A stretch of DNA of 42,394 nt from Octopus sinensis (lineage: Eukaryota). Location of the stretch: positions 1 through 42,394 of the forward strand of contig NW_021836848.1 in NCBI RefSeq assembly GCF_006345805.1. The letters run 5' to 3'. The notes beneath the pieces were generated by a model. The model saw only the letters and a program-made list of their open reading frames with translations. It made no database searches and was not told the DNA's origin. Each line of letters opens with the position of its first letter. Position 1 is the stretch's first letter. A program made the position numbers and the translations under genes. This document shows, piece by piece, positions 13,586 to 25,637 of this stretch.

Positions 13586-14975
13586 TATGCTGTAACATTT
13601 TAATCAAAGGGTAGAGGCTGATATCTTAACATTTCTGATGATCTTAAGTATAAAACAAAATTATTAAATATTTATATAGAACTACATTCAGAGTATGTCT
13701 ATAAGCTATTGTGTTTAGACCTGGTTTCTATCCGCAAACTGTTCCGTTTTGTAGATGCAATTAAAAATTTTTTTATAATAAAGCATTCCGAAATTAGAAA
13801 AATCAAACATCTGCAACAATCTCGGTCCCATGAGTATCGGATAATGGAATTTCCACTGTGTAAAGAAACTGATTGTGATGATCGAAGTTTTGACGGTGAT
13901 TGTGGTGAATGCAGAGACAGTGTTGATGATGACGACGGTCGAGATAAATATGGGAGGAGGATAAAATAGTATCGGTGTTTATAATGGCGACAGGAGCGGT
14001 GTAATGTGTGACGCTGAGATGATGGTGGTAATAGTGGTGTTGATGATAGTGTTAGTTGCGTAATGGTGGTATTGTAGTGGTTATACTGGTTGTGGTGGTG
14101 AAAGTGACTGTCAAGGTAATCGTCATGATAACGTTGATGGCGGTGTATGCGGTTGAAGTGGAAGCAATGACAATGCTGTTGTTGATGTTGGTGATAGAGG
14201 TAGGATAGTTGTGGTGGTGATTGTGATATGGTGGTAGTGGTGGTGGTCGTCGTCAACGTTGACGTCGTAGTGCTGCTCCTGCTGGTTTGGCGAAGATCTG
14301 CTCTCTCCGAGTGCTTTTCTAGTTATGCATGTGTATGTGCGCGTGTGCACCTGTGTGCATACACATGTAGTTATACACAAATGCATGAACATTTCTTTTT
14401 ATATATGAATACATTATATTCAACTCTGGCTGCTATAATACTGTATTACAAACAATCGGTTTAATAATGGCGCGACCATAAAAATAGATACGAAAGCCAC
14501 CAAAACCCTTACACTCTAAAGTGAAGTATTGCACTAGCAATTAGAGGAGTTACAGACCGAAAGGAAATTTTGTTGGCGAGGTCATAGCCGCCATATTATT
14601 AAAACAATACAACGTTTTCATCAATCACACGTTGGTCCCTTCTGATGTTCAAAGTAAAGAGAAAACAAAACTCATTTCCATTATCAAAAACAAATCAAAT
14701 TTCATCAACAATAATAATATTCTTTTAACTTGCTATATAATATTTATATACACTGTGTCAACATAAATAAACAAATGTATTGTGAACCAACGAAGATTCT
14801 TTTAATCGGCCACTGGAATCGTTAGAACTAGCAAACAAACTTTCTGTCAAAACGCACGATACTGTCATTAAAATGACAGGAGAGTCACGGCTGGAACACT
14901 TTCGAAAATAATCCTGCTGAATCAAGATAAACTGAGACGAACCGACAACATTAATAACTTTTTAACAATACTTAC

Positions 14976-15236
14976 GATATATTCCCATTCGATTATATAT
15001 TCTCAGTTGGTATATCGTGTATGGTTTATCAAACATCACTTCCCAATATGGATCTTTTTCCCAGTCAGTATTTGCACATGATTTATGCGTGAATCCAGGA
15101 TCAAAATTTCCGTCAACTGCTTTGTCGGATGCCATCGATATATTCATTTTTTCACAAGTTCCATTATGGAAGACTGTAGTTCCTTTTATTCCATATATAC
15201 TTGTTTGATTTGTAGTTTGACCTCGAGCAATATTAA
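14976..15236 (-). CDS. Internal exon: N-terminal part of an F-type lectin (FTP/fucolectin-like) domain
   Basis: Acceptor ttttatattttccAG, donor C|GTAAGT, 261 bp, phase 1-1, open frame: NIARGQTTNQTSIYGIKGTTVFHNGTCEKMNISMASDKAVDGNFDPGFTHKSCANTDWEKDPYWEVMFDKPYTIYQLRIYNRMGIY. Shows F-lectin hallmarks NxAxG..Q.S, AVDGN, SCxxT, PxWxV and IxNR. Confidence 0.9.
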
Positions 15237-15519
15237 CTGGAAAATATAAAAGTCAGAATTAATAAAGTGTAAAAAGATTTTAGTATAATGTATCTTGAAA
15301 GTATAACTTATGAAACAGTCACACATTTATGTAAACCACATTTTTTGTACATAATAACATAAATGCAGTGTATACCTTGTAAGACGTTTATTTATGTATC
15401 GCCCTTATTTACCGAATGGGAAATGACTGTTTTAATGCAAAAACTTAACATTTGTAAAGAAAATATACGTAAAACATCTGGTAAGGATATCGACAAAGCT
15501 ACTGTATTCCTATAGCTTG

Positions 15520-15680
15520 AGGTTGCGAACTGGTAAAATTGCTACCGCACTTCTTTCACTATTACGTTCTGAGTTCAAATGGCGCCGGGTTCGTCTTTAC
15601 TTTTCGGAGTCTATAAAATAAGTACCAGCTGAATATTGGACTCCATGTAATCAACTATCCCCCTTCTCCGAACCTGCTGA
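15520..15680 (+). mobile_element. Degenerate tRNA-derived SINE (same family as 1-498, opposite orientation)
   Basis: Contains acgttctgagttcaaat and aaataagtaccag. Confidence 0.6.
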
Positions 15681-15927
15681 TCTCGTGCAAAAAAAAAAGA
15701 AGCCGATACTCTTTTATCTTGAATAATTTTCTTCAATTTTACATCTGGCCGAATTTTTAGCACAGACTTATTTTACATTGGATTCTAAAACACATTTCTA
15801 TATTTGCTGTAGAAAATATTGTTTGGGGAAATCGAGATGAATATACAATTATGATGTACAATTTGCTCTCCTCAAAATAACTGATTAATGAAGATTTTAA
15901 ATTGAATATTATTAGATTAAATTTATA

Positions 15928-17690
15928 CAGTCATACCTCGCATTTCGAGTTTAATTCGTTCCATGGCCGAGCTCGTGTTTCGATTTACTCGTTTTACAAA
16001 TCAATTTTCCCCAATTTTGAAATTAATTAAAATATAATTAATCCGTTCCAGCCCCTCCCTCAAATCACGCCAAAATATTTTTTATGGGTTTTAAAACTGA
16101 AAAGGTGAAGTTACATGGGAAATGACAATTGTAAAAACATGATAAAAGAGAAGGCAAAAGAAATATGTAAACTGATTTTATTAATTCAATTACTTTAATG
16201 ATAGGACGCTGTGTGCGCGAGGAAGACGATAGACCAGAGGAGGAGGATTATTGTTTGGAAGGAGAATTTCCTTCCATTGAGATTTGAGGGGTGTTTTCTG
16301 CCTCACTTCGCTTAATTTAGGTCTTTTGGACACTTTCTTTACGTTTCACACTTGGAGGTCGTTTCTTTAGAAACATATCAAGAGAAGTCTGCTTTTTCCT
16401 GCATTTCAAAATGTTAAGAAAATGTGCCAGACCAGTATCATTAGATAAAGCAGCTGCACGGCTTGTATATGCTTATTCAGGCTGATATTTTACTACAGAT
16501 TCAGAAACATACTGCTACTTGCCAACACAGCCTTGAAGTCACCCGTAGAGATAACCATTTCTGCAACACACTCCTACTCCGGGAACCAAATTCTTACACC
16601 ACATCCGAATGCTGTTGTTCATGAAGCTGAGGGAGTTCATCTGTTGTCAGCTTCTCTGAGTGTTCCTTGATGAGATCGTTAATGTCCTCATCATCTACCT
16701 CGTGGCCCATGGACTTGTCAAGAGACACTATCTCCTCGACTACAGATGTCTCAGACTCAAACCCTTTGAAATCTCTTTCGGATACACAGTCAGTCCACAG
16801 TTTCTTTTTGTAGAATTCAGTGTTCTCCTCGTTACAATCTGCTAAACCATATCGATGATTTTCAGCCAGTAAACAATGTTGTTGTGCTCTTTCCAAAACT
16901 CACGAATGGTTAGATTTGTATTTTCGGTGACTTCAAAGTACCGACGAAACCGGTGTTTGGTGTACTATTTCCTACAATTAGAAATCACCTGTTAGTCTAT
17001 GGGCGGCAAATTAGGGATGGTGTTGCGTGAAATGTACATAACTCATAAATTCAGATTTGTCCAGGATATCATCTTTGAAGTTAAGAGGGTGAGCAGGAGC
17101 ATTGCCGAAGATGAGGAGGGCCTTGTGAGGAAGGTCGTTCTCCAGAGAGTACGTTTTCACTGCTGCTCCGAAGATAAGGTTCACATACTGGGTGAAGAAT
17201 TCCCTGGTGGCCCAGGCTTTAATGTTCAACCTCAACATGACCTGCAGCTTCTCCTTCAGAATTTTGTGCAACTTGAACGTTTGTGGGTTTTCGGAATGGT
17301 AGAAAATGAGCGGCTTAATCTTCAAGTCTCCACTTGCATTGTCACAAATGGCAAGAGTTGGACTGTCATAGGCTTGTGGCGTGGCAGTTCTTTCTCCTCT
17401 GCAGTTATGTAGTTTCTTCTAGGTATTTCCTTCCAAAAAAGGCCAGTTTCATCACAGCTGAATACCTTTTGTGCGATGTACCCCTCGGCTACGATGAGCT
17501 GACTGAATTCATGCACGAAATCCTCAGTTGCCTTCGTGTCAGAGCTCGCTGCTTTTCCATACCTGACAACGATTTGAACACCAGACCTCTTCTTGAAATT
17601 ATCGACAGCTGCGACCGGCCTTAAATATTTCTGCTGATGTCTCCTCCGTCGATGTACTTTATAATTTCGCCCTCAATTAGACGTATGAGA
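15928..17690 (-). mobile_element. Tigger/pogo-family DNA transposon fossil (DDE_1 transposase)
   Basis: Fragments EGYIAQKVFSCDETGLFWKEIPRRNYITAEEKELPRHKPM, KPLIFYHSENPQTFK, KAWATREFF and KALLIFGNAPAHP are typical TIGD1/Tigger motifs. Left terminus TA|CAGTCATACCTCG. Frameshifted; right terminus not found. Confidence 0.88.
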
Positions 17691-17802
17691 AGAACCTTAC
17701 CATTACGATACCGCAATATACTAAAGCATTGATACAGTCATAGGAATCTAACAAAATAGAAAGACTGACATACAGAAATAAGCAATGTAATATATTTTGC
17801 AA

Positions 17803-17946
17803 GGTGGTGAGCCGACTGAGCGGTTAGCACTCCGGTCAAAATGCTTAGCGATATTTCACCCAACTAATGTTTGGGGTTCAAATACCGCCGAGGTCGATAG
17901 TGCACCCTCCCCCAAAATTGCTGGCCTTGTACCAAGATTTGAAACC
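17803..17946 (+). mobile_element. Internally deleted tRNA-derived SINE
   Basis: Head ggtggtgagccgactgagcggttagcac, B box ggttcaaatacc, 3' end ccccaaaattgctggccttgtaccaag. Confidence 0.7.
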
Positions 17947-18239
17947 AGTATATTCTGTACGCACGAGAATAACATATCTCCGATTTGTTAGCAAAAGTTA
18001 TGTAATTTACTGTATAGACTTTAGAATATATTACTGGTACCTATTGTATCGATACTCACTGAAAGGATGGAAATCAAGGTTAGTTCGGTCGAGGGGTGGA
18101 GATGAACTTGGAATGTAAAACGACATAAATAAATACTGGTCCACTGTGTCAATCATTTAAACCATGTTTATTATTTATCTTTTCCAAGTTCCATCCTCAC
18201 ATCGGATGCAATGGGCTTTCCTACATTATACTTTAATAC

Positions 18240-18296
<57 letters not shown>

Positions 18297-18327
18297 ATGT
18301 GTGTGTGTTGTGTGTGTGTGGAGAGAG

Positions 18328-18380
<53 letters not shown>
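18240..18380. repeat. Compound (TA)n(TG)n(GA)n microsatellite
   Basis: Direct inspection. Confidence 0.95.
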
Positions 18381-18929
18381 AGATTTGTGAAACCCAATTC
18401 CACCAGCATTCATAGATTTTCCAAGTAACATAAATTAAAAAACTAAACACCGCAGTTTAAGAGAACACTCTCCAATGTAACTGTGCTCATGCTGCGTAAA
18501 ATTCTGAGCTTAATTGTGTCTTTGCTAAATCATTTAGCCCAGGATATATTATAATACAAAGAAGAGGATACTAACTGCTTATTGCTCCGAAGTTTTTATA
18601 TTATATTTAAGCACATCTATTAACGTTATGTGGTCAGCAGTAAATATTAATATCTGGTTTGAAATCTGAATACTAAAGAGATGAACGGTATAGACACGTT
18701 TTCCCAGGCTACTTGCCAATAACTATACAATAAAGCCATAAGCATCTTCCTTATTCTGAATCTCTGAACTCTTCAATTTTTATTGTCTATTTGTACCATA
18801 ACTACACAATATCCTACCGACAGATATTCCTAAATACACAATATTCCTATCAACGAATACACACAAGTTTATAGAATATTTTAACCACACATTTATCAAT
18901 ATTCTTTTCTATTGTAGGCGCATGGCCCT

Positions 18930-19480
18930 AAATGTTTGTGGAGGAGACCAGTCGATTATATCGACTCCAGTGCGTAACTGGTACTTATTTAATCGACCCC
19001 TAAAGAATGAAAAGCAAAGTCGACCTCGGCAGTATTTGAACTCAGAACGTAACGGCAGATGAAATACCTATTTGTTCTCTACCCACAAGGGGCTAAACAC
19101 AAAGGACAAACAAGGACAGACAAACGAATTGAGTCGATTATATCGACCCCAGTGCGTAACTTGTACTCTTTTAATCGACGCCGAAAGGATGAAAGGTAAA
19201 GTCAACCTCGGCAGAATTTGAACTCAGAACGCACGGCAGACGAAATAGCTATTTGTTTACTACCCACAAGGGGCTAAACACAGAGAGGACAAATAAGGAC
19301 AGACAAACGGATTGAGTCGATTACATCGATCCCAGTGTGTAACTGGTACTTAATTTATCGACCCCAAAAGAATGAAAGGCAAAGTCGACCTCGGCGGAAT
19401 TTGAACTCAGAACGTAACGGAGACGAAATACGGCTACGCATTTCGCCCTGTGTGCTAACGTTTCTGCCAGCTTGCCGCCT
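18930..19480 (-). mobile_element. tRNA-derived SINE with tandem ~180 bp units
   Basis: Units restart near 19079 and 19259. Head near 19430-19480. Confidence 0.85.
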
Positions 19481-20229
19481 TACAAATTTCTCAATATTCT
19501 TTTCTGGCTCGCCGACTTCAGATTACTCAATATTTTAACGTCCACGAATATCCTTGTCTATTTCCGTACAATACTACACATAACAAATTCTTGGCTGATT
19601 TTATTGACTATTGTTACCTTTTATACCTATACCTATATTTCATATTTAAGCACAAACTACTCAACATCAACATTTTTCCATTTTGGCATGAATAAGATCC
19701 GAACAGATGAAGAGCCACACAGATGAATAATGAGAAGCACTCCATAAACAACAACAATAGAAAAGCAAAGAAGCGCTACAACGCCAACACAACCCGTTCA
19801 CAATAATCGCCGCTGGTCTGACCATACAAGGCCTTCGACTCCTCAATATGCCGCCGATACCTCGTCCGTCCGCATGTGAGCGACCTCGCCTTCGCTGTCC
19901 TTGGTGCACACCACATTGCGCTCCGGGAACCACCGAGCTCGAGATGTTGGCGTAACTGTCGGCTCCTAGTCCACCACCACTGTCTTTGTCTGGACTGAGC
20001 CTCAACTCTCTTCCGGGCAGACGACGTTGTCATCGCGTTTCCTGCTGCAATCGCGTGATCCCCTCCATCTGCCGGCAAACTACGGAAGCTCGCTGTCTGT
20101 TGCTGCTCCGTTGGTCGATGTCATCCCAGGAACGTCATTGCACGTTCTCGTGCCTTGCGCGACTAATCGTCCGTAATTTTTTTTTTCTTTTATCAATTTA
20201 AGGAAATAAACATTCGCATTAAATTCCTC

Positions 20230-23200
20230 TAAAATCTACTGCTGTCCCCAACGCGAGATATTATATCTACAGCACTATTGTACGCTCACACATCTTCCAG
20301 GGATCGAAGTACAATCTCCTAGCCAACATCACAAGCTTCATAAAACCATATTCAGGTGCAGTACTACCAACACGTGATTTTCCCACAAGTAAAGAAATAA
20401 GAAAGCATCCAACAGAAAGAAGAATAAAATCAACAGACCCAATACAAACCTTTTCAACAACCCAGTAAACTGGAGAACATCCTGTAGCAACAAAAACAAA
20501 ACAAACAAACGACAAAACCGTCAATGTAACCACAGCTTTATCCACCAAATATTCCTTAACCAGACAAATTATTCTTTCTTATCCACCCGAAACCTGCCAA
20601 AAGAGATTCAGATAAATGACTGTCATACTGTCCCTTTGTCGTTACTCCCAGTCCATAAACTGGTCCCTCGCCGACATTAAAACATAAGTCCCTTTCGGGA
20701 CCGTTGAAAAAGTGTAATCAAGCCACTACTCTAATCTTACCATTTTCGCTGAATGCACAAATCATCAGGTCATCCTTTAATGCGAAGAGATAAAAGATTT
20801 AACACTGGGCTACCGACCAATGAGGAAAATCTCTGTGACCCGTGCAGATCGCAACGGCAGAAGAAAGAGAGGATTTACCATTTTGCTACATGGCGCATTC
20901 ACTGCAGATACGGATATTTCATGCAACATACTGTGAATCAGTAGCTACGTATAACAAATCCCAATGATTTTGTTATAATTAGGGTCTACAGGTCATTCCA
21001 AGTGCCTTTTACCGTTCTTCAAAGAATGACATAACAATATTAAATCTTTTATTCAACAGTGTCAATCTGGTAGCATTTTAATGGTAGACGACTTCAATTC
21101 CCTGCGTTGACTAGTCTATTTATAACTTGAAAGCAATTCAGTCCAAGACAACGCAACAGTGGAGTCACTTTATTGACTAATTTTTCCTTTTCCAACTCAT
21201 GCTAGAGCCAACGAGCTTCAGCAAAAACCTATTGGACTTAATGTTTAGTAACCATACTGACATTGTTTGTAATATTGCAGAGGAAAAAGACTCTTCTTTC
21301 CGACCATAACAAATCTGATTTCTCATCAGAACACTCTTTGACCGCATGGATCTTCACAATGGAATGCAATCACTCAGGATCTTTCACTCATTGACTCGCC
21401 TTTCGCTTATTCACTCGTTTCAAACAGCATCAATGTATCCTAGAAGCTCTTTCAGGACACTGTCACAAATACATATTTATGATACTCTCCATTACAGAGC
21501 ATGAGCCAAACTAAATATAAACAAGCAAAAAATATATAAAAACCCTAATAAAGAAAATAAAACGGATGAGTCAAAAATCGAGCGACTAAATTATTGGCAT
21601 CAGCGACAGGCTTACTTGACTGATTTTTCTCGAATCAAGTAATGCAATCTTATATAAATCGATTCAATCCCAAAGTGTTCTACTCCTTTGCCAAAAAGCA
21701 AATGGTCGCTGTAACATTCACTGAACCTTTGATTGATGAGGACAACATTCTCTTTAGTGAGCGAAAATCCATGGGTGAGATTCTGCAGAAGCAATACTGC
21801 TCTGCTTTCAGCAATGCAAGTATGGTTAATCTGGACAGCATCTGTGAAGCAAACCTCCTGCACACTCTATCCATTATATCTCTTGACGTCCTGGATATCA
21901 GAGCACTTAGAAGCAAAATTAAAAGCAACTCAGGTGTGAGTCCCGATAGCTTTCCCACTAGAGTTCTGAGGGGAATGATGCTATGAATTCGTATTCTCTC
22001 TAGCTATTCTCTGAATAAAATCACTGGACGTTGGCTATTTTGCTGAAAATCGATTGTCCCTGTTTTCAAAAAGCAAAAAGAAATTACTCCCAGCGAATTA
22101 CCAGTCTTACTCCATTATCAAATTATTTGAGAGAGGGGTGAGGTCTCGAGTAAGTCACATTCTTTAGTGAGTCGACTCATTTCCATACAATAAGTTTTTA
22201 GCACCAGCAGCGGCTTCCTAAGACAGCGCTTGCATCATTTTAATCACACCCTAGAGGTCCTGAGGGTTCTATTCCCGTACCATTTATCTTGCCTTCAGCG
22301 AGGCTTTTGATAAAGTTGATCGCATCATACTGTCAAAGTAACTATCCAACACAGAAATCAGAGGGAAATTATAGAAGTGTTTCCTGATGAACAGACCCAG
22401 CATGTGGTGTTCGATGGTGTTCGATCAAGCTCAGTACTTGTAATTATTGGAATCCTTCAAGGCCCTGTATTGGATCCATTTCTCTTTGTTATTTACATTT
22501 GTAGCACCACCAACCTTATCAAACTCACCAATATAAACACTTACGCGTATGACTGAAAGATTTTGAAGGTCATCGACAGTGTAGGAGACCAAACAAACCT
22601 CCAGTTGGATGTGCTCGCTGTTATCCATGGGTGAAAAAACACAATATGCAACTAAGCGATGATAACTCTTATAATAATTCTGCTTGTCATTAGGGTACTT
22701 AGCCCATCAGTAATGCTTTCACGTGATTAGAGAAAAGGAAGAAGAAAAGGGAGCGAGAGAGAAAAGGAGGGCGAGAGAAACCTCTATGATATGAGATTGG
22801 GGGAACATCATTGTAAAGCTTTCACTTGATTAGTTGAAGGGAATTAGAGAACAAGAGGAAGAAATTGGAGAGAGAAAAGGAGGATAAGGTGAGGAGTGAG
22901 GCATGAAGAGGGAGAAAGAAAAAGAGGGAGAGAGAAAAGACAGAGGGAGAAGCGTCCATGACATGTGGTGAGGGGAACGTAATATTTATTACGTGGTTAA
23001 AAAAGAAAGTTGAAGGTAGTGATATAGAGGAGAGTTAGGAATAAAGTTTTAGCGGAGTGATGTTCTGATAGTGAGATCAAAGAAATACAAATATATATAT
23101 TTTATGTCCCAATGCCATTCGTCATCTACAAAATCGTATTATAAAACTAAGACAGAAGCACTTCATCTCAACTGGCCCTGCTTTCTTTAGCATCATGCCA

Positions 23201-23447
23201 AGATACATAAAAAAAGAAAAGGATCTCATGGTATTCAGACATTCCCCGGATTAATATCCCGAACAAATTCCAGATAAATCAAGTACACCCGGATAAATCT
23301 CTGCCAACAATAACTCTTTACTCGCACGGACTATGGTGCCCAAAACATGATTGTAACATGAAGCATGATTAAATGTTTTATTAGTGTTGCTACTAGGTTA
23401 GTCATGGGCGGGGTACATTCTGGCCGAAAGTCATTAAGTATCTAAGT
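20230..23447 (+). mobile_element. Long degenerate CR1/L2-type LINE (APE endonuclease, RT and 3' tail), interrupted by a GA-rich tract at ~22700-23070
   Basis: ILMVDDFNS (cf. GDFN), IVPVFK, YLAFSEAFDKVDRIILSK, RPQHVVFDGVRSSSVLVIIGILQGPVLDPFLFVIYI (cf. GVPQGSVLGPLLFLIYI). The 3' part at 23150-23447 matches the tails at 9130-9400. The 5' boundary is uncertain. Confidence 0.85.
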
Positions 23448-23478
23448 ACCCTCATACCCTGAACAAATATGTACTTAC

Positions 23479-23622
23479 CATATGTTTGCATGTCACACTT
23501 CTCTCCATACCATCCATCTTCGCAGCCATAGTTACAGATTCCAGTACTTTGGTGACATGATTCCGCTCGAGAACAATGACATTCATTGATACAGTCTTTA
23601 CCATACAATTGTGGTGGACATC
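23479..23622 (-). CDS. Internal exon: laminin-type EGF-like module (MEGF/SCARF-type)
   Basis: Acceptor tcaatttAG, donor G|GTAAGT, 144 bp, phase 1-1: CPPQLYGKDCINECHCSRAESCHQSTGICNYGCEDGWYGEKCDMQTY. Confidence 0.92.
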
Positions 23623-24354
23623 CTAAATTGATAACATCGAAACATTTTCTTTGTAAATGAGCATTAAAATAAAACAGTTATTGAATATAAAATTCAATCT
23701 TACAAGATCTCACATATAATCAACAAGAGATTCTATGTTTCAAGAGTATCTCTTGATATAGAATCTCTTGATGTAGCTAACAAGAGATATTATATATCAC
23801 ATTTACAATCTAAAAATTGCAGAAATTCGCGCACATATAAGTAATCAAAAATTATGCGATTCCTGTATATGTAGACGCTACATAAGCTACATATGAGACA
23901 CTCGCGTATCCAGAGTGTGTGCCGCCCGGGGCGGCCCTTTCGTTTGCCGCCCCGGACCCCACAAAAGCACAAATTGCCTATAGCAGACTCAATAGTGAAT
24001 TCTCCTTTAAAAGTACCGCCATTTGTGGACCACCCCTACTGCCCCCCAAACGTAGCTACGCTAATGAGTTAAGGACACTTTAAAGCATCATAGCCGAGAA
24101 GAGAGACTTAAAAGGATTATATCAAATAGAAATCAACAGTATGTTAACATTGCAGTCCTAAGTTACGGGCACACGGGGTAGTGGTGTAGAGGCCTCTTAT
24201 TTCTAGGGGCCCAATTATGATGTATATATGCTGTGTCTTCCTGTTAGTATGTATTATCGTAGGCACCAGTTCAATGAGTTGCTCGTAGCGAGGGCTACAC
24301 TGCTACTACAGTTTGCTAAGGTTGTGCATTTATATATGGATAATACATACATCA

Positions 24355-24449
24355 TACTACATACATATATATATATATATATATACATAATATATATATA
24401 TATATAATATAGATATAATATATATATGTGTATATAATATATATATATA

Positions 24450-24481
<32 letters not shown>

Positions 24482-24517
24482 GTATATATATATATATGTT
24501 ATAATATATAGTATATG

Positions 24518-24587
<70 letters not shown>

Positions 24588-24595
24588 TATGTGTG

Positions 24596-24640
<45 letters not shown>
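24355..24640. repeat. (TA)n microsatellite
   Basis: Direct inspection. Confidence 0.97.
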
Positions 24641-24649
24641 TAATCCAAT

Positions 24650-25438
24650 CATGAAAGCACAAAAAAACACAACAAAGCGAGGACGTGAACAAATATAGTA
24701 TTATTGGACGCTCAGGAAGAAGGAAAGAAGGAGTCTAACGCTCGAGCGGAGCTCTTTGTCAGCAACATAGGAAAGGAAAGAAATCCAGAGAAGGAAAGAC
24801 GGAGGAGAAAAAATCGCCAACGGTTCACACGCGACCACATTTTGAATAATCGGAAGGAAATGGGAGAACATAAGTTCTTTCAAAGACGGGAGAGTGCAAG
24901 ACGAGGTATGTGTGTGTAAGTGTGGATATGTGCGTGCGCGAAGGTCTGCGTGTGCGTGTGTGTGTATATGTGCAATGATAGCACGTGTGTGTGTGCGTGT
25001 GTGTATGTGTGTGTGGTTGTGGCTGTTAATCTTTGCGTGTTGTAGGGCTAAGTATTGTTTAAGGTCAAGGAAGAAGGAATTGGGAGTGGCTCTTTTTGTC
25101 TATATATATATAGTTACTCCAAACATGAACAAAGAGAAAACACAACAACGCGAGGACGTGGAACAGGTGTAGTGTTATTGGACACCCAGGAAAGGAAAGA
25201 AGTAAGGAGGATTTAACGTTTCGAGCGGAACTCTTCGTCAGAAACATAGAAAAAGGAAAGGTCCAAGGAAGGGAAGACGGAGAAAGAGAATCGCCAACGA
25301 TACACACGCGGTCACATATTGAACTGACAAGAAGGGAATGGTTGAAGAAAAATTGCAAGAGAAGGCGGTATGTGTGTGTATGTGCATTCGCTCAGGTCTG
25401 TGTGTGTGCGTGTGTGTGTATGTGTTTTTGTAATGATA

Positions 25439-25474
<36 letters not shown>

Positions 25475-25500
25475 TTGGTCTGCATAGTATCGTTTACGTT
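24650..25500 (-). mobile_element. Two diverged tandem copies (~480 bp spacing) of a repeat with hammerhead-like motifs, probably Penelope pseudo-LTR related
   Basis: acaacaaagcgaggacgtgaac... at ~24668 and acaacaacgcgaggacgtggaac... at ~25142. The minus strand has CTGACGA-agag ttccg ctc-GAAAC at 25212-25245. Confidence 0.55.
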
Positions 25501-25593
25501 CCAAGGAAGAATTTATAGTAGGAGTGGCTCGTGTTGTGTGTCTACTTACACATGTGCTTAGAAATACATATATATATATATATATATATATAA

Positions 25594-25637
<44 letters not shown>

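Noticed and set aside
13699-13880. WDRDCCRCL on the minus strand, resembling the F-lectin RxDCC motif and sought as the missing second lectin exon
   Set aside because: Wrong phase for the phase-1 donor at 14975, no LCEV motif, and it ends in a stop.
17701-17747. 47 bp minus-strand segment with good AG and GT sites (DSYDCINALVYCGIVM)
   Set aside because: Phase 1-0 would frameshift the gene, and it abuts the Tigger fossil.
17803-17890. A- and B-box-like motifs here and at 28655-28720, considered as tRNA genes
   Set aside because: No complete cloverleaf, and they continue into SINE body sequence.
24179-24305. Possible hAT-type MITE (tagtggtgtag / ctacactgcta)
   Set aside because: Inverted repeat is only 9/11 and there is no 8 bp target-site duplication.
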